This document shows positions 28,402 through 40,659 of a DNA stretch of 64,000 nt, in pieces. A model generated the notes under the pieces. The model was given only the letters and a program-made list of their open reading frames with translations. It was not told the DNA's origin and did not search any database. The stretch comes from Patescibacteria group bacterium (GTDB lineage Bacteria > Patescibacteriota > Minisyncoccia > Phycocordibacterales > Phycocordibacteraceae), in contig JAIETW010000001.1 of NCBI GenBank assembly GCA_019744845.1, positions 80,299 to 144,298 of the forward strand. Direction: 5' to 3'. Position 1 is the first letter of the stretch, and the number at the start of each line of letters is the position of its first letter. The position numbers and the translations under genes are program-made.

Positions 28402-29610
28402 TTAGTAAAGGTTTGCCTCCCGCATCAACTGGGAGAGGGCGAGGGCCTCAATCCAATACGCACTCGCGTCAGGACCATACTGATCTACTGACTGCGCGAA
28501 GAACGCTTCCTGGGTCATGATATGGAAAAGGTCGTATCCCATTACTTCATAGCTTCCGTGCACAGCTACAAAGGCTTCCTTGTTTGGATAGAGCGCAAGA
28601 AAGGCCTCTGCGACTCCAAGGACACGGCGTGGACCAGCGTTGTATGAGCCTACCGTCATCGGCACCAAGACATATCTCACAAACGCCTCATGGCCTTCGG
28701 GAGTATCAGGGAAATACTGTTCCTCAATTTGTCGAGCGACTGCACTATTTCTGAGAGTGGTGTAATGCTCAGAAAAGAGGTCCCCCATGAATGCCACCTG
28801 ATACCTGAAGTACGTCATTTGGTCAGGCGTATATCCATGACTGGCAATCGTATTTGGCATTCCTTGCACTGCCCTTCCTGCACCTACTCCTGAACTCGCT
28901 AGATTGTCATATGTAGATTCAACCCCAATCATAGCGGGAGCAAATAGAGCAAGCTCTTCTCGCACAATGGCTTGATCCTCGCCCACGACGATAGTGTCGC
29001 CTACGTACCGGTGTACGTACTGAATACGATTCAGTCCGTCACCTTTTTGGTTTGCCCCTTCACCTGGAACAGGTAGTACACGCTGAGTACCGTTTCTACG
29101 CACTAAATCAAGGTACGTCACCCCATCCGGCTCTCCTTGGAGATGCGCGATAACGTTAAGCTGACGTGGAATGCTCCGTGTCGTATCACAAAAGAGTTCT
29201 CCACCTTCGCACATTTCTTCACGCTGCCTATCAAGCCATGTTTGTGCAATCCTGAAGCGACCATTCTCTGTGGCTTCAAGTTCAGCTCTACGAGGTCCTC
29301 CCACCGCTGCACCGTACTCGTCTATAAAAAGAACTTGGTCCTTTTGCAGTGCGCCGTACAGAGTGCGGTAAGAACTCGCCGCACTCTCCGTACGTTCAGA
29401 GCCACGATGTGCACGAAGATCTTCCTGGCCCCCAAAGGCACGTTCATGTTGCTGTGGCTCTACGTTCCGAGTTGCATGCTGTGCAAAGTTAAGTCCTGCA
29501 AAGATTGAAAGAATGGCTCCTGCTTTCCACGCAACACCACGAGCACGCTTCTCGTCTTCCTTACGTTTCTGTGCTCTGTAAGCTTCAGCGTTGTGTCTTC
29601 CTCTTGGCAT
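28402..29610 (-). CDS. Lytic transglycosylase, SLT-domain, membrane anchored
   Basis: N-terminal basic region plus a TM helix. Catalytic-type MIGVES(T) motif and downstream SYNAGPRRV (AYNAG-like SLT motif). Confidence 0.5.
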   Translation of the reverse strand: MPRGRHNAEAYRAQKRKEDEKRARGVAWKAGAILSIFAGLNFAQHATRNVEPQQHERAFGGQEDLRAHRGSERTESAASSYRTLYGALQKDQVLFIDEYGAAVGGPRRAELEATENGRFRIAQTWLDRQREEMCEGGELFCDTTRSIPRQLNVIAHLQGEPDGVTYLDLVRRNGTQRVLPVPGEGANQKGDGLNRIQYVHRYVGDTIVVGEDQAIVREELALFAPAMIGVESTYDNLASSGVGAGRAVQGMPNTIASHGYTPDQMTYFRYQVAFMGDLFSEHYTTLRNSAVARQIEEQYFPDTPEGHEAFVRYVLVPMTVGSYNAGPRRVLGVAEAFLALYPNKEAFVAVHGSYEVMGYDLFHIMTQEAFFAQSVDQYGPDASAYWIEALALSQLMREANLY

Positions 29611-29632
29611 CTTGGAAAAAGTCTACCACCTC

Positions 29633-30730
29633 CTAGGAGTGCAAGAACACCATCACATCACCATCCTGAACCACATAGGTTTTCCCCTCAGTACGAATAT
29701 CCCCTTTATCTCGTGCGGCGCTCCATGACCCATCCGCGAGCAACACATCCCACCCAACTGTTTCCGCGCGAATAAACTTGTCTTTAAAGTCGTTGTGAAT
29801 CGCTGCTCCTGCCTCAGGTGCGGTCGCACCCTTAGAAATAGTCCACGCACGAGTCTCCTTGGGGCCTGTCGTAAAGAAGGTAATCAAACCAAGCGTCTCG
29901 TATGCCTTACGAATGAGATCCACAAGTCCATCTACTTGTACGCCAAGCTCCTGACGGAACATATCCTTATCTCCTTCCGCCACATCGTTCAATTCATGCT
30001 CAGTGCGTGCATCTACGTGCACAAAGGACCCTCCAAGTGACTCTACGAGTTCGTATGCCTTATCTGCACGTCCATCTCCTGTCTCTCCAAGATTATGCCC
30101 TCCTGCTTTTCCGTTAAAGGCATAGAGAATAGGTTTGAGCGTCAAAAGGTTCAAATGCTTCACGAGCTTTGCTTCCTCAGGAGTAAGGTCAGCAGTACGT
30201 GCAAGTGCACCTGCTTCAAGTGCCTGATGTACTTTCGCGAGCGCTGCGTCCTCAGCTTGTGCTTCCTTAAGACCTGCACGAAGATCGCGGGTAAGCTTCT
30301 CACGACGCTTTGACACTGCATCACGATCCGCGAGTGCAAGCTCAAGGTTAATGACTTCAATATCTCGGACTGGATCAATCTCCCCATGCACGTGGGTAAT
30401 ATCAGGATCTTCGAAGAAACGCACCATCTGAAGAATCGCGTCCACTTCGCGAATATGTGAAAGGAACTGGTTTCCAAGCCCTTCACCTTCTGAAGCTCCC
30501 TTTACAAGGCCTGCAATATCTACGAATTCAATGGCTGCCGGCACCACCTTCTCGGACTCAGACAGTGCAGCAAGCTTATCAAGACGTGCGTCAGGCACGC
30601 CCACCACTCCTACTGAAGGATCAATGGTACAGAAGGGGTAGTTCTCCGCGGGAACTGCGGCCTTAGTAAGAGCGTTAAAAAGCGTTGATTTACCAACGTT
30701 GGGGAGACCGACGATTCCAATCTTTAGCAT
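29633..30730 (-). CDS. ychF: Ribosome-binding ATPase YchF (Obg-family GTPase)
   Basis: MLKIGIVGLPNVGKSTLFNALT... with G-domain and C-terminal TGS domain. Length 365 aa. Confidence 0.9.
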   Translation of the reverse strand: MLKIGIVGLPNVGKSTLFNALTKAAVPAENYPFCTIDPSVGVVGVPDARLDKLAALSESEKVVPAAIEFVDIAGLVKGASEGEGLGNQFLSHIREVDAILQMVRFFEDPDITHVHGEIDPVRDIEVINLELALADRDAVSKRREKLTRDLRAGLKEAQAEDAALAKVHQALEAGALARTADLTPEEAKLVKHLNLLTLKPILYAFNGKAGGHNLGETGDGRADKAYELVESLGGSFVHVDARTEHELNDVAEGDKDMFRQELGVQVDGLVDLIRKAYETLGLITFFTTGPKETRAWTISKGATAPEAGAAIHNDFKDKFIRAETVGWDVLLADGSWSAARDKGDIRTEGKTYVVQDGDVMVFLHS

Positions 30731-30767
30731 GGACGTACCTTAACGGACAGAATGAATAAACGCAAAG

Positions 30768-31097
30768 TTAGGAGTGGAGAATGATACCTATTGAAATAAA
30801 TCCTTGGAGTACAAACCATCCAATATTCATGTAAAAGATAACGCGGTTTTTATGCACATACCCGTACGTAATCCAAAATAGAGAAAAGATAGTCCAGAGA
30901 CCCCAGGTCGCGAGGGAGACGCCCACGACATTTTGGTGTACCCACACTTCGTACGCCTGAGGAAGAGCCATGAGAAGACTGGCTGCACCAATAGGATAGA
31001 TGACAATATCAATAAATCGCGCGAGCCTACTTTCGTTCAACGGGAGACCCTTCTCCTTATGCTTTCGTTTGTGGTGATGGCTCGTTGCAACGTGCAT
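30768..31097 (-). CDS. Small 3-TM membrane protein, candidate SemiSWEET (PQ-loop) transporter
   Basis: 109 aa. A basic N-terminal tail, then three predicted TM helices with an LPQ motif in the first (AASLLMALPQAYEVW). Confidence 0.4.
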   Translation of the reverse strand: MHVATSHHHKRKHKEKGLPLNESRLARFIDIVIYPIGAASLLMALPQAYEVWVHQNVVGVSLATWGLWTIFSLFWITYGYVHKNRVIFYMNIGWFVLQGFISIGIILHS

Positions 31098-31098
31098 A

Positions 31099-31689
31099 TT
31101 ATTTCGCCTTCACTGCAAGTGCGGCGAGCTTCGCATCCCACTTCGCCACCTGTGCAGGAGTAAGACTTTCGCTGTTTCCTATCTTCGTGACATGCGTTTT
31201 AAAACCGGCAAATCCAAGTGTGCCGTGCACCAGCTCATTCATATAGTCGCCAAATGCGATGTACTCAAGAAAGGGCGGCGCATTAAGAAGCGTGACGACG
31301 CGTGCAGAGCGTCCCTTCAAAAGACGATCCCATCCAAGCTGCCGCTTCCCGCTCTTGCTCTTGTGATACCGGAAGGCAAACCCCGGAAGCCAAATGCGAT
31401 CAATAAGACCTTTAAGAAGCGCGGGCATTGAAAGCCACCAGAGTGGGTAGATAAGTACGAAATGAGTAGACCACTTCATATCCTCTTGGAGTTTCAAAAG
31501 ATCAGGTTCAAGTGCTTGGATTGCTCGGTATCCTTTGTGAAGAATGGGATCAAACTGAAGCTCTCCAAGATTTGTACGACGCACCTCATGTCCTGCATCA
31601 CGCGCACTCTTTTCATACACATCAGCAAAATGTGAGGAAAGAGTCTCCGAATTCGGATGTCCAAGAAGGATGAGTATGTTCTTTTTCAT
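31099..31689 (-). CDS. Flavodoxin-like fold NAD(P)H-dependent oxidoreductase (quinone reductase family)
   Basis: MKKNILILLGHPNSETLSSHFADVYEKSARDAGHEV is a Flavodoxin_2 / NQO-like N-terminus. Length 196 aa. Confidence 0.6.
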   Translation of the reverse strand: MKKNILILLGHPNSETLSSHFADVYEKSARDAGHEVRRTNLGELQFDPILHKGYRAIQALEPDLLKLQEDMKWSTHFVLIYPLWWLSMPALLKGLIDRIWLPGFAFRYHKSKSGKRQLGWDRLLKGRSARVVTLLNAPPFLEYIAFGDYMNELVHGTLGFAGFKTHVTKIGNSESLTPAQVAKWDAKLAALAVKAK

Positions 31690-32207
31690 GCGCGAGAGCG
31701 TTCTTCACGATCCTTAAGAATAGTGCGCACGTAATGAAAGATGCCTGCCACCACAAGCGTCAAAATCACGTAGAGCAGGAGAAGTCCCATATAGCTAAGC
31801 GGTATATCTCTCCAGGTATGAAGTGCGAGCATCATCCACCATGCAGTGAATGCCGCTGAGGATCCAAGCCACCATGGCACCTGACTGCGTGAGATGAGAA
31901 GCCCACACACAATCACCAGGATCGTAAGCGTCTGGATGACCCAGAACGAAGGAGTAAGCACCGTTTGCACGGCGTTTGGAATGTAGTACTCAACAGTAAT
32001 GAGGGCCACGCCAGAGAGTACGGTGATCATCACTCCCCAACGAAGTGCCCAGAGCGTATGAAGAATATGTTTCTTCTCGCACGTATCAATCTTCCCATCA
32101 ACCACTGCACGCGTATAAAACATCTCCGCAAAGGTCACTCCTGCAGCCCCCAGTGCGGCACCGAGCGCGTGAACCGTAAGAAGTGCCTCTGCGATAAGTG
32201 GCAACAT
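31686..32207 (-). CDS. Hypothetical integral membrane protein (about 5 TM helices)
   Basis: Multiple hydrophobic helices. Overlaps the oxidoreductase gene by 4 nt. Confidence 0.4.
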   Translation of the reverse strand: MLPLIAEALLTVHALGAALGAAGVTFAEMFYTRAVVDGKIDTCEKKHILHTLWALRWGVMITVLSGVALITVEYYIPNAVQTVLTPSFWVIQTLTILVIVCGLLISRSQVPWWLGSSAAFTAWWMMLALHTWRDIPLSYMGLLLLYVILTLVVAGIFHYVRTILKDREERSRA

Positions 32208-32208
32208 G

Positions 32209-32442
32209 CTACATCAAGGCCGAAAGTTCATTTCGGTACTTCTTCATAACTTCCATCGTCGCTTTCATCTGACTTTCGCCTCCCTTTTTGGTGCGACGTT
32301 CAATTTCATCCCCGATCTTTTTCATCAATTCAGGATCCTTCTCAATGAATTGAATAATCTGATCCTGCTGTGCCTGGGGCACACCCTTCATCTTTGCTTT
32401 TGCGACCTGGCGCAGCAAAAAACCTTTAATACTCATACGCAC
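32209..32442 (-). CDS. Hypothetical small basic helical protein
   Basis: The 77-aa Lys/Glu-rich ORF is packed between membrane-protein genes. No motif recognised. Confidence 0.3.
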   Translation of the reverse strand: MRMSIKGFLLRQVAKAKMKGVPQAQQDQIIQFIEKDPELMKKIGDEIERRTKKGGESQMKATMEVMKKYRNELSALM

Positions 32443-32478
32443 TATAGTATCACATTGAGAAAATGCGCTCTGTGTGGA

Positions 32479-32898
32479 CTACCGAATGGTAGGAGCGTCG
32501 CGCATTAAGATGCCACGAAGCGTCTTCACTCCCGAATAAAGTGCCACCATAAACATGAGTGCAAGTGTGCCGATCAAGATACCGTCAGGAAAAAGTGCCT
32601 GCTGAGTCTGGAACCGAGAGAGGGCGAGACCGCCAAAGAGAATAAGACAGAATGCAGAGATAAAGATGTTGACCCAGTGAATCCATACTTGAACCGGGTT
32701 CGTAAGGCCTGCGGCAACCACGAGGAACATCACCATCATGATGGAACCGAATGAAGAGAACGGAAGACGAATGCCCGTGAATTGCATGGTGAAGAGGATC
32801 ACCGCTGCAACAACAAACAGAATACGCACTAAGTCACCGTAATAGTGCTTCGGACCAATGTGAGGCGCTGCAGTACGGAATGGAATGTCTTCGCTCAT
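32479..32898 (-). CDS. Hypothetical integral membrane protein (about 4 TM helices)
   Basis: Hydrophobic helices. Length 139 aa. Confidence 0.4.
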   Translation of the reverse strand: MSEDIPFRTAAPHIGPKHYYGDLVRILFVVAAVILFTMQFTGIRLPFSSFGSIMMVMFLVVAAGLTNPVQVWIHWVNIFISAFCLILFGGLALSRFQTQQALFPDGILIGTLALMFMVALYSGVKTLRGILMRDAPTIR

Positions 32899-32947
32899 AT
32901 CTCTTTAGTATCCCACGTAACCTCGTCTTTCGCGCGTCTACTGTGGA

Positions 32948-33195
32948 TTACAGCAGTACCGTTGCTTGTCCTCCAGAGATTTCTGCAACTCCCCCATCGT
33001 GAATCGGCACGTGATGCTTCTCTCCGTTCACAGCTTCAATGCGTGCTTCTCCTTCCTTAAGTTCACTCACAAACGGCTCATGTCCTGCAAGCACCGTGAA
33101 CACTCCTTCGGAACCCGGAAGAGTAACCGAGACTGCTTCACCATCGAAGATGTTCTCTCCGACGCGTGCAACCGTAAGATGAAAGGTCTTAGTCA

Positions 33196-33196
<1 letters not shown>
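32948..33196 (-). CDS. atpC: F-type ATP synthase epsilon subunit, N-terminal beta-sandwich domain only (82 aa)
   Basis: LTVARVGENIFDGEAVSVTLPGSEGVFTVLAGHEPFVSELKEG matches epsilon. It is last in the atp operon. The C-terminal helical hairpin is absent. Confidence 0.8.
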
Positions 33197-35497
<2,301 letters not shown>

Positions 35498-35505
35498 GGT
35501 AGTGT

Positions 35506-37059
35506 TTAGGCGCCCTTGTTGATCTCTACGAACTTCTGAAGTGCGGAACGGAGTTCCTTCTCTAGATCTTCGGTAATCTCCTTCTTCTCACGAATACCGG
35601 AAAGTACATTCTTTGCTTCGCGAAGGAAGTACTCCTGCATCTTCTTCTCCATAGCACTGGTTTCGTCAGGAGTGAAGGCATCGAAGTATCCGTTTACTGC
35701 TGCGAAGATAATCGCAGACTGCATCTCAAATGGAAGTGGCTGGCCATTGGTCTGTTTAAGCACCTCTGTCATACGGCGTCCACCATCAATACGCTTCTTG
35801 GTGTCCTCATCAAGATCTGAAGAGAACTGCATAAAGGCCTCAAGCTCACGGAACTGCGCAAGCTCAAGTTTAATCTTTCCAGACACCTTCTTCATCGCCT
35901 TGGTCTGTGCGGCAGAACCCACGCGAGACACCGAGTTACCCGTATCAATCGCAGGACGCATACCCTTGTTAAAGAGATCGGAGAGCAAGAACATCTGACC
36001 ATCAGTGATAGAAATCACGTTGGTTGGAATGTAGGCAGAGATGTCTCCTTCCTGCGTTTCAATAATAGGAAGCGCAGTGAGTGATCCTCCTCCCTTTTCC
36101 TTAGAAAGCTTTGCCGCACGCTCAAGCAAACGGGAGTGCAAGTAGAAGATGTCTCCTGGATATGCTTCGCGACCTGGAGGACGGCGAAGAAGAAGCGACA
36201 TCTGGCGATATGCCACTGCCTGCTTTGAAAGGTCGTCATAAATTACCAGCGCATCACGACCTGAATCCATGAAGTGTTCGCCAATTGCTGCTCCTGCAAA
36301 CGGAGCAAGGAATTGAAGTGCGGCTGGTGCTGACGCAGGAGCCGTCACGACAACGGTGTACTCCATGGCACCAAGCTCTGCGAGCTGCGCCACAATCTTT
36401 GCAGTCTTTGATTCCTTCTGACCGATCGCCACGTAAATACAGATAGGACGTGACTCTTCAGGCTCTGATTTCTGGTTCAAGATCGCATCAATCGCAACGG
36501 TGGTCTTACCCACACCGCGGTCACCGATGATGAGCTCGCGCTGACCACGGCCAATTGGGATCATGGAGTCTATTGCCTTAATACCGGTGTGAAGAGGCAC
36601 GTTCACAGGCGCACGATCCATCACGCCATATGCTTCGCGCTCAATTGGTACGAACTTCGTTGCCTTGGTAGGACCTTTGCCGTCCACTGCATCACCAAGA
36701 GGATTCACGACGCGTCCCACCAATGAATCGCCGACGGGGATGGAAAGAAGTCGGCCGAGACGGCGTACCAGCATGCCTTCATACACTCGGGAGGCATCAC
36801 CGAGAATTGCAGCACGGACACCATCTTCTTCAAGGTTCAAGATAAGACCGTACACGGGGTCGGCGTCCTTGAGTGCATCTTCAAGACTACGATCAAACGT
36901 AGGATCAAAGAGCACCATTTCAGTCATAACTGCCTTATCAAGGCCGTCAATCTCTGCAATACCGTCACCGGTTGCGCGTACGATGCCAGTCTCTTCTGCC
37001 CCTGTTGCGGGCGCGAAGTCGGCGATCTCCTTCTCAATTCTCTTGATGATGCTGTCCAT
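35506..37059 (-). CDS. atpA: F-type ATP synthase alpha subunit
   Basis: P-loop GDRGVGKTT and the alpha-subunit C-terminal region. Length 517 aa. Confidence 0.92.
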   Translation of the reverse strand: MDSIIKRIEKEIADFAPATGAEETGIVRATGDGIAEIDGLDKAVMTEMVLFDPTFDRSLEDALKDADPVYGLILNLEEDGVRAAILGDASRVYEGMLVRRLGRLLSIPVGDSLVGRVVNPLGDAVDGKGPTKATKFVPIEREAYGVMDRAPVNVPLHTGIKAIDSMIPIGRGQRELIIGDRGVGKTTVAIDAILNQKSEPEESRPICIYVAIGQKESKTAKIVAQLAELGAMEYTVVVTAPASAPAALQFLAPFAGAAIGEHFMDSGRDALVIYDDLSKQAVAYRQMSLLLRRPPGREAYPGDIFYLHSRLLERAAKLSKEKGGGSLTALPIIETQEGDISAYIPTNVISITDGQMFLLSDLFNKGMRPAIDTGNSVSRVGSAAQTKAMKKVSGKIKLELAQFRELEAFMQFSSDLDEDTKKRIDGGRRMTEVLKQTNGQPLPFEMQSAIIFAAVNGYFDAFTPDETSAMEKKMQEYFLREAKNVLSGIREKKEITEDLEKELRSALQKFVEINKGA

Positions 37060-37083
37060 AGTGCTTGTAAAAGTAGTAATAAG

Positions 37084-37452
37084 TTAGACCTTCACGACAC
37101 GCTGGTAGATGTCGGTGAGGGCACGCTTTCCTGACTGATCCACGAGTACGCCCTTGGAACGTCCTCGCCATCCTGAAAGGAGGGATTCATTCACAATTGC
37201 TTTGTCTGCAGTAATTCCGTGAGTCGCCGCTGCAGAAAGTGCCTTCGCAGCATCTTCCTTACGCGCGACCTCTACGGTTGCACCGGTAACAGTGTTGCGG
37301 ATCTGTGCAACCTTAAGTGAGCGAAGAATTGCAGGAAGAAGTTTGACGCGGCCACGAGCCTTAAGATGCGTCATGAGATTTTTCATGAGCGCGTCCTCCT
37401 TCACTCCCTGAGAGAGAAGTCGTTCAAGTGCGGATGCGTATACTTTCTCCAT
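37084..37452 (-). CDS. atpH: F-type ATP synthase delta (OSCP) subunit, short form
   Basis: 122 aa. Position between atpF and atpA. OSCP-like helical N-terminus. Confidence 0.65.
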   Translation of the reverse strand: MEKVYASALERLLSQGVKEDALMKNLMTHLKARGRVKLLPAILRSLKVAQIRNTVTGATVEVARKEDAAKALSAAATHGITADKAIVNESLLSGWRGRSKGVLVDQSGKRALTDIYQRVVKV

Positions 37453-37454
37453 AG

Positions 37455-37901
37455 TTATTTCTTCTCACCCACTACCTTGGCAGCCGCGAGGACCGCAAGA
37501 CGTGCAATTTCCTTTTCACTATCACGAAGTGCCTTAGCGGCTGCTTCCTTGGCACGTGCGTCCGCATCACGAGCGATGCTTTCTGCACGAGCTTCTGCTT
37601 CCTTCACAATGCGAGTCTTCTCGGCGTTTGCCGTCTCACGTGCAGACGCCACTACTTCAGATGCCTTAGAGTCTGCACCGGCTACAATCTCTGCAGCTTC
37701 AGTGTCAGCCCCTGCAAGCTTCTCCGCAGCACGTTCCGCATCATGTACACCCTGAGCAATCTTCTTAGCGCGCTCATCAAGCGTCTTCATGACCGGCTTA
37801 TAGAGAAGAAGCCAGAGTGCGACAAAGAGTATGCCGAAGTTCACCGCCTGAGCGATGAGGAGCCTCCAATCTATGCCGAATGCGTGAAGAAGCGCGTCCA
37901 T
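37455..37901 (-). CDS. atpF: F-type ATP synthase subunit b
   Basis: N-terminal TM helix followed by a long Ala/Glu/Lys-rich coiled coil. Length 148 aa. Operon position. Confidence 0.8.
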   Translation of the reverse strand: MDALLHAFGIDWRLLIAQAVNFGILFVALWLLLYKPVMKTLDERAKKIAQGVHDAERAAEKLAGADTEAAEIVAGADSKASEVVASARETANAEKTRIVKEAEARAESIARDADARAKEAAAKALRDSEKEIARLAVLAAAKVVGEKK

Positions 37902-37911
37902 AGAAGGTTAC

Positions 37912-38160
<249 letters not shown>

Positions 38161-38198
38161 TTATAATTGCTCCATCCCGGAGCCGCATGGAGAAAAGG

Positions 38199-38981
38199 CT
38201 AGTGCGCCTCGTCCCCGTGCGGTTCCATGATTGCAAGCTTGATGAAGAACAGCGTCAACATGGCGAACACCACGGCTTGAATGAATCCGACGAATACCTC
38301 AAAGGCAATCAACGGAATCGGAGCCAGGTATGCCACGAAGAACATTGCCACGATAATCATGACCTCTCCTGCGAACACGTTTCCGAAGAGACGGAAGGAG
38401 AAGGAGATCAAACGACCGACGTTTGATACGAGCTCAATCAAGCCCACGGCGAAATCCACCGGTGACCTGAAGTTAACATATTTCCCTGCGTACTTGAAAA
38501 AACCAAGCACCGTCGCACCGGTAATTTCAATCGTAAGAAAGGAAATAAAGGCCAGTGCAAGAGTCATGTTTAAGTCTGCAGACGGTGGACGGAGGAAAGG
38601 AATGTCGTTAAAAAGAATAGAACCAACACCTGGAAGAAATGCGAGCTCGTTTGCAACCAATACAAAAAGGAAGATGGTCATGATGAGCGGGAAGAACTTG
38701 CGGGCGAGCTTCTCGCTCTCAAGGGTCTCGGCCATGTAGTCAAGAACGCCCTGGAAGAGCATCTCAATACCTGCCTGAAGCTTCCCCGGCACCATCGCAA
38801 TCTGACGGCGGAAGAGGATGGCAAAGACAATCATGAGCGCCATAACCATCCAGGTCATGATGAGTGAGTTCGTGATTGGGAACCCCCAGACAGAGAAAAG
38901 CTCCTCTGCCTTAAGGACTACGTGAATACCGCTGCCATGCTCAGCAGCAGCTTGTCCCGCATGTTCCGGTGCGCTTGCCAT
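38199..38981 (-). CDS. atpB: F-type ATP synthase subunit a
   Basis: 260-aa polytopic membrane protein with the conserved Arg-containing helix (LSFSFRLFGNVFAGE). First gene of the atp operon. Confidence 0.88.
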   Translation of the reverse strand: MASAPEHAGQAAAEHGSGIHVVLKAEELFSVWGFPITNSLIMTWMVMALMIVFAILFRRQIAMVPGKLQAGIEMLFQGVLDYMAETLESEKLARKFFPLIMTIFLFVLVANELAFLPGVGSILFNDIPFLRPPSADLNMTLALAFISFLTIEITGATVLGFFKYAGKYVNFRSPVDFAVGLIELVSNVGRLISFSFRLFGNVFAGEVMIIVAMFFVAYLAPIPLIAFEVFVGFIQAVVFAMLTLFFIKLAIMEPHGDEAH

Positions 38982-38985
38982 ATGT

Positions 38986-39015
38986 ACAAAAAGACCCCAC
39001 GTGGGTTATGGGGTC
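38986..39015 (-). terminator. Palindromic hairpin (GACCCCACGTGGGTTATGGGGTC) followed on the minus strand by TTTTT. This is a candidate intrinsic terminator or operator directly 5' of the atpB start codon.
   Basis: The inverted repeat 38993-39015 was seen directly in the sequence. On the minus strand it is followed by TTTTTGTACAT, which runs into the atpB ATG. Confidence 0.35.
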
Positions 39016-39062
39016 ATACTAGCAAGGGACTCCTGATACCGCTAGGGTGTGGAAAGCCTCCT

Positions 39063-39833
39063 CTATACCGAAGCTACAGACCATCCTAGACGTCCCACGA
39101 CCCTCTCGGCAATTGACTGAAGATGATTGTAATGTGGTGCCATTTTGATCTTTGTAAATAAAAAGTGAGCAACCTTTACCTTGTCATATTTAATTGGTGA
39201 GCGTGCCATCAAGTCGTGTACGAGATCTTCATACCGTGATGAAGAGGTATCATTTTCACCCACTCCAAGGGCGAGGGTGTAGAGCATAAGCTGCGCAACT
39301 TCAAGTTCCTTACCGAACTCACCGAGCTTCAAGTCAAAATCAATGTGAACCACTCCCTTGTCCGCATCAATCAAAATATTGTCCGGCCAACGATCGCCGT
39401 AGACGATTCCTTGTGAATGCGCATTCGCCAGATCCATGAATAACTCCTGTATACGAGGAGTCGCTTCCTCCAAAGAAGCCTTTCGCAGAAAGAGCGTCAT
39501 CGTTTCCGAGTTCTCAAGGTATGGAAATACAACACTTCCATCCTCAAGTAGAGCAGGTTCAAGTACTCTGAGTTGTTTTTGAAAGGCATCTTTACCAAAC
39601 TGCACACGTTCTTCCGTAGTGCGAGGGGCCATCTGATCTACTTCGTATCCCCACTGACTACAGTTAAATTCTATGACTTCTCTCGTCTGATCCTTATCCT
39701 GGAGTACTTCCCGAAGCATCAGCACACCATCGGGAGCACGCCACACATAGAGATTCTTAAGCTTGCCACTAAGCGTATGGCGCGGCTCTGGTGTATGTCC
39801 TGGCAGAAGTTTCTCTGGGTTTACGTCCGACAT
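39063..39833 (-). CDS. Protein-kinase-like fold protein (APH/RIO/Kdo-kinase type)
   Basis: IVYGDRWPDNILIDADKGVVHIDFDL resembles the kinase catalytic loop (HGDxxxxN) and the DFG-like motif (DFD). The start was set at the internal Met (MSDVNPEK...). The longest ORF extends to 40001 and would overlap the divergent gene. Confidence 0.45.
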   Translation of the reverse strand: MSDVNPEKLLPGHTPEPRHTLSGKLKNLYVWRAPDGVLMLREVLQDKDQTREVIEFNCSQWGYEVDQMAPRTTEERVQFGKDAFQKQLRVLEPALLEDGSVVFPYLENSETMTLFLRKASLEEATPRIQELFMDLANAHSQGIVYGDRWPDNILIDADKGVVHIDFDLKLGEFGKELEVAQLMLYTLALGVGENDTSSSRYEDLVHDLMARSPIKYDKVKVAHFLFTKIKMAPHYNHLQSIAERVVGRLGWSVASV

Positions 39834-39858
39834 TAGAGATAACTGTATACTATTCCTT

Positions 39859-40659
39859 ATGGAATTAACAACGCGCGCAGCGATAGATATTGCGACCGAG
39901 GCAGGCCGAATGCTCAAAGAGATGGGGTATGTTCCCCATGATTCTTCACGGAAAGAAGCTCTTGTGCATGCCGATATCGTCACGGCCCACGATATTGCCA
40001 TAGAGACTTATATTCTGAATGAGATTCGTACCCGATTCCCTACGCACGCCATCTTGTCGGAAGAAACACAGAGTACGACCGACCCTAAGACTTCTCCTCA
40101 TGTATGGATTGTGGATCCCATAGACGGAACTATTTCCTTTGCCAGCGGACTTCCGTTGTACTCAGTCTCCATTTCGTATTTTGAGAATCAGAAACCAAGG
40201 TCATCCGCCCTCTATCTCGCGTCCACCAATGAAGTGCTCTGGTGTGAGACTGGCGGTGGTGCATACGTGGGAGATACAAACATTCACGTGCGGGATCTCC
40301 CTCCAGAAGAAGCAGTTATCGCTCTAGATCATGGAGTAAGAACCAGAGAAATAACCATGAAGGAACTTGCACCCAATATTTCTCTCGGGATTCGCGCACT
40401 TCTTATGACACCTGGAGAAGCGGGCAATATTGGTCTTGTGGCACGAGGAAATATCCAAGGACTCCTTTGCTCCCATCCTCAAGTTTGGGACTTCGCCGCA
40501 GGCATGCACATTGCGCTTGAGGCAGGCGCCGTCGTCACCGACTATGCAGGAAATGCATACGATGACTGGTTCGCACGAAAGGGACACATCATCTGCACAA
40601 AGAGTGTGCTTCCCTATCTTCTCTCACACACAAAGAAGGTCGCGCATCACTACACTTAG
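39859..40659 (+). CDS. Inositol monophosphatase family protein (SuhB/CysQ-like)
   Basis: WIVDPIDGTISF (the DPIDGT motif) and the downstream WDFAAG motif. The start was set at the internal Met (MELTTRAAIDIA...). The longest ORF starts at 39763. Confidence 0.75.
   Translation: MELTTRAAIDIATEAGRMLKEMGYVPHDSSRKEALVHADIVTAHDIAIETYILNEIRTRFPTHAILSEETQSTTDPKTSPHVWIVDPIDGTISFASGLPLYSVSISYFENQKPRSSALYLASTNEVLWCETGGGAYVGDTNIHVRDLPPEEAVIALDHGVRTREITMKELAPNISLGIRALLMTPGEAGNIGLVARGNIQGLLCSHPQVWDFAAGMHIALEAGAVVTDYAGNAYDDWFARKGHIICTKSVLPYLLSHTKKVAHHYT

Noticed and set aside
32209-32442. 77-aa ORF resembling the C-terminal tail of SRP54/Ffh.
   Set aside because: The similarity is only compositional (Met/Lys-rich helix). 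There is no GTPase or M-domain signature, so it is left as hypothetical.
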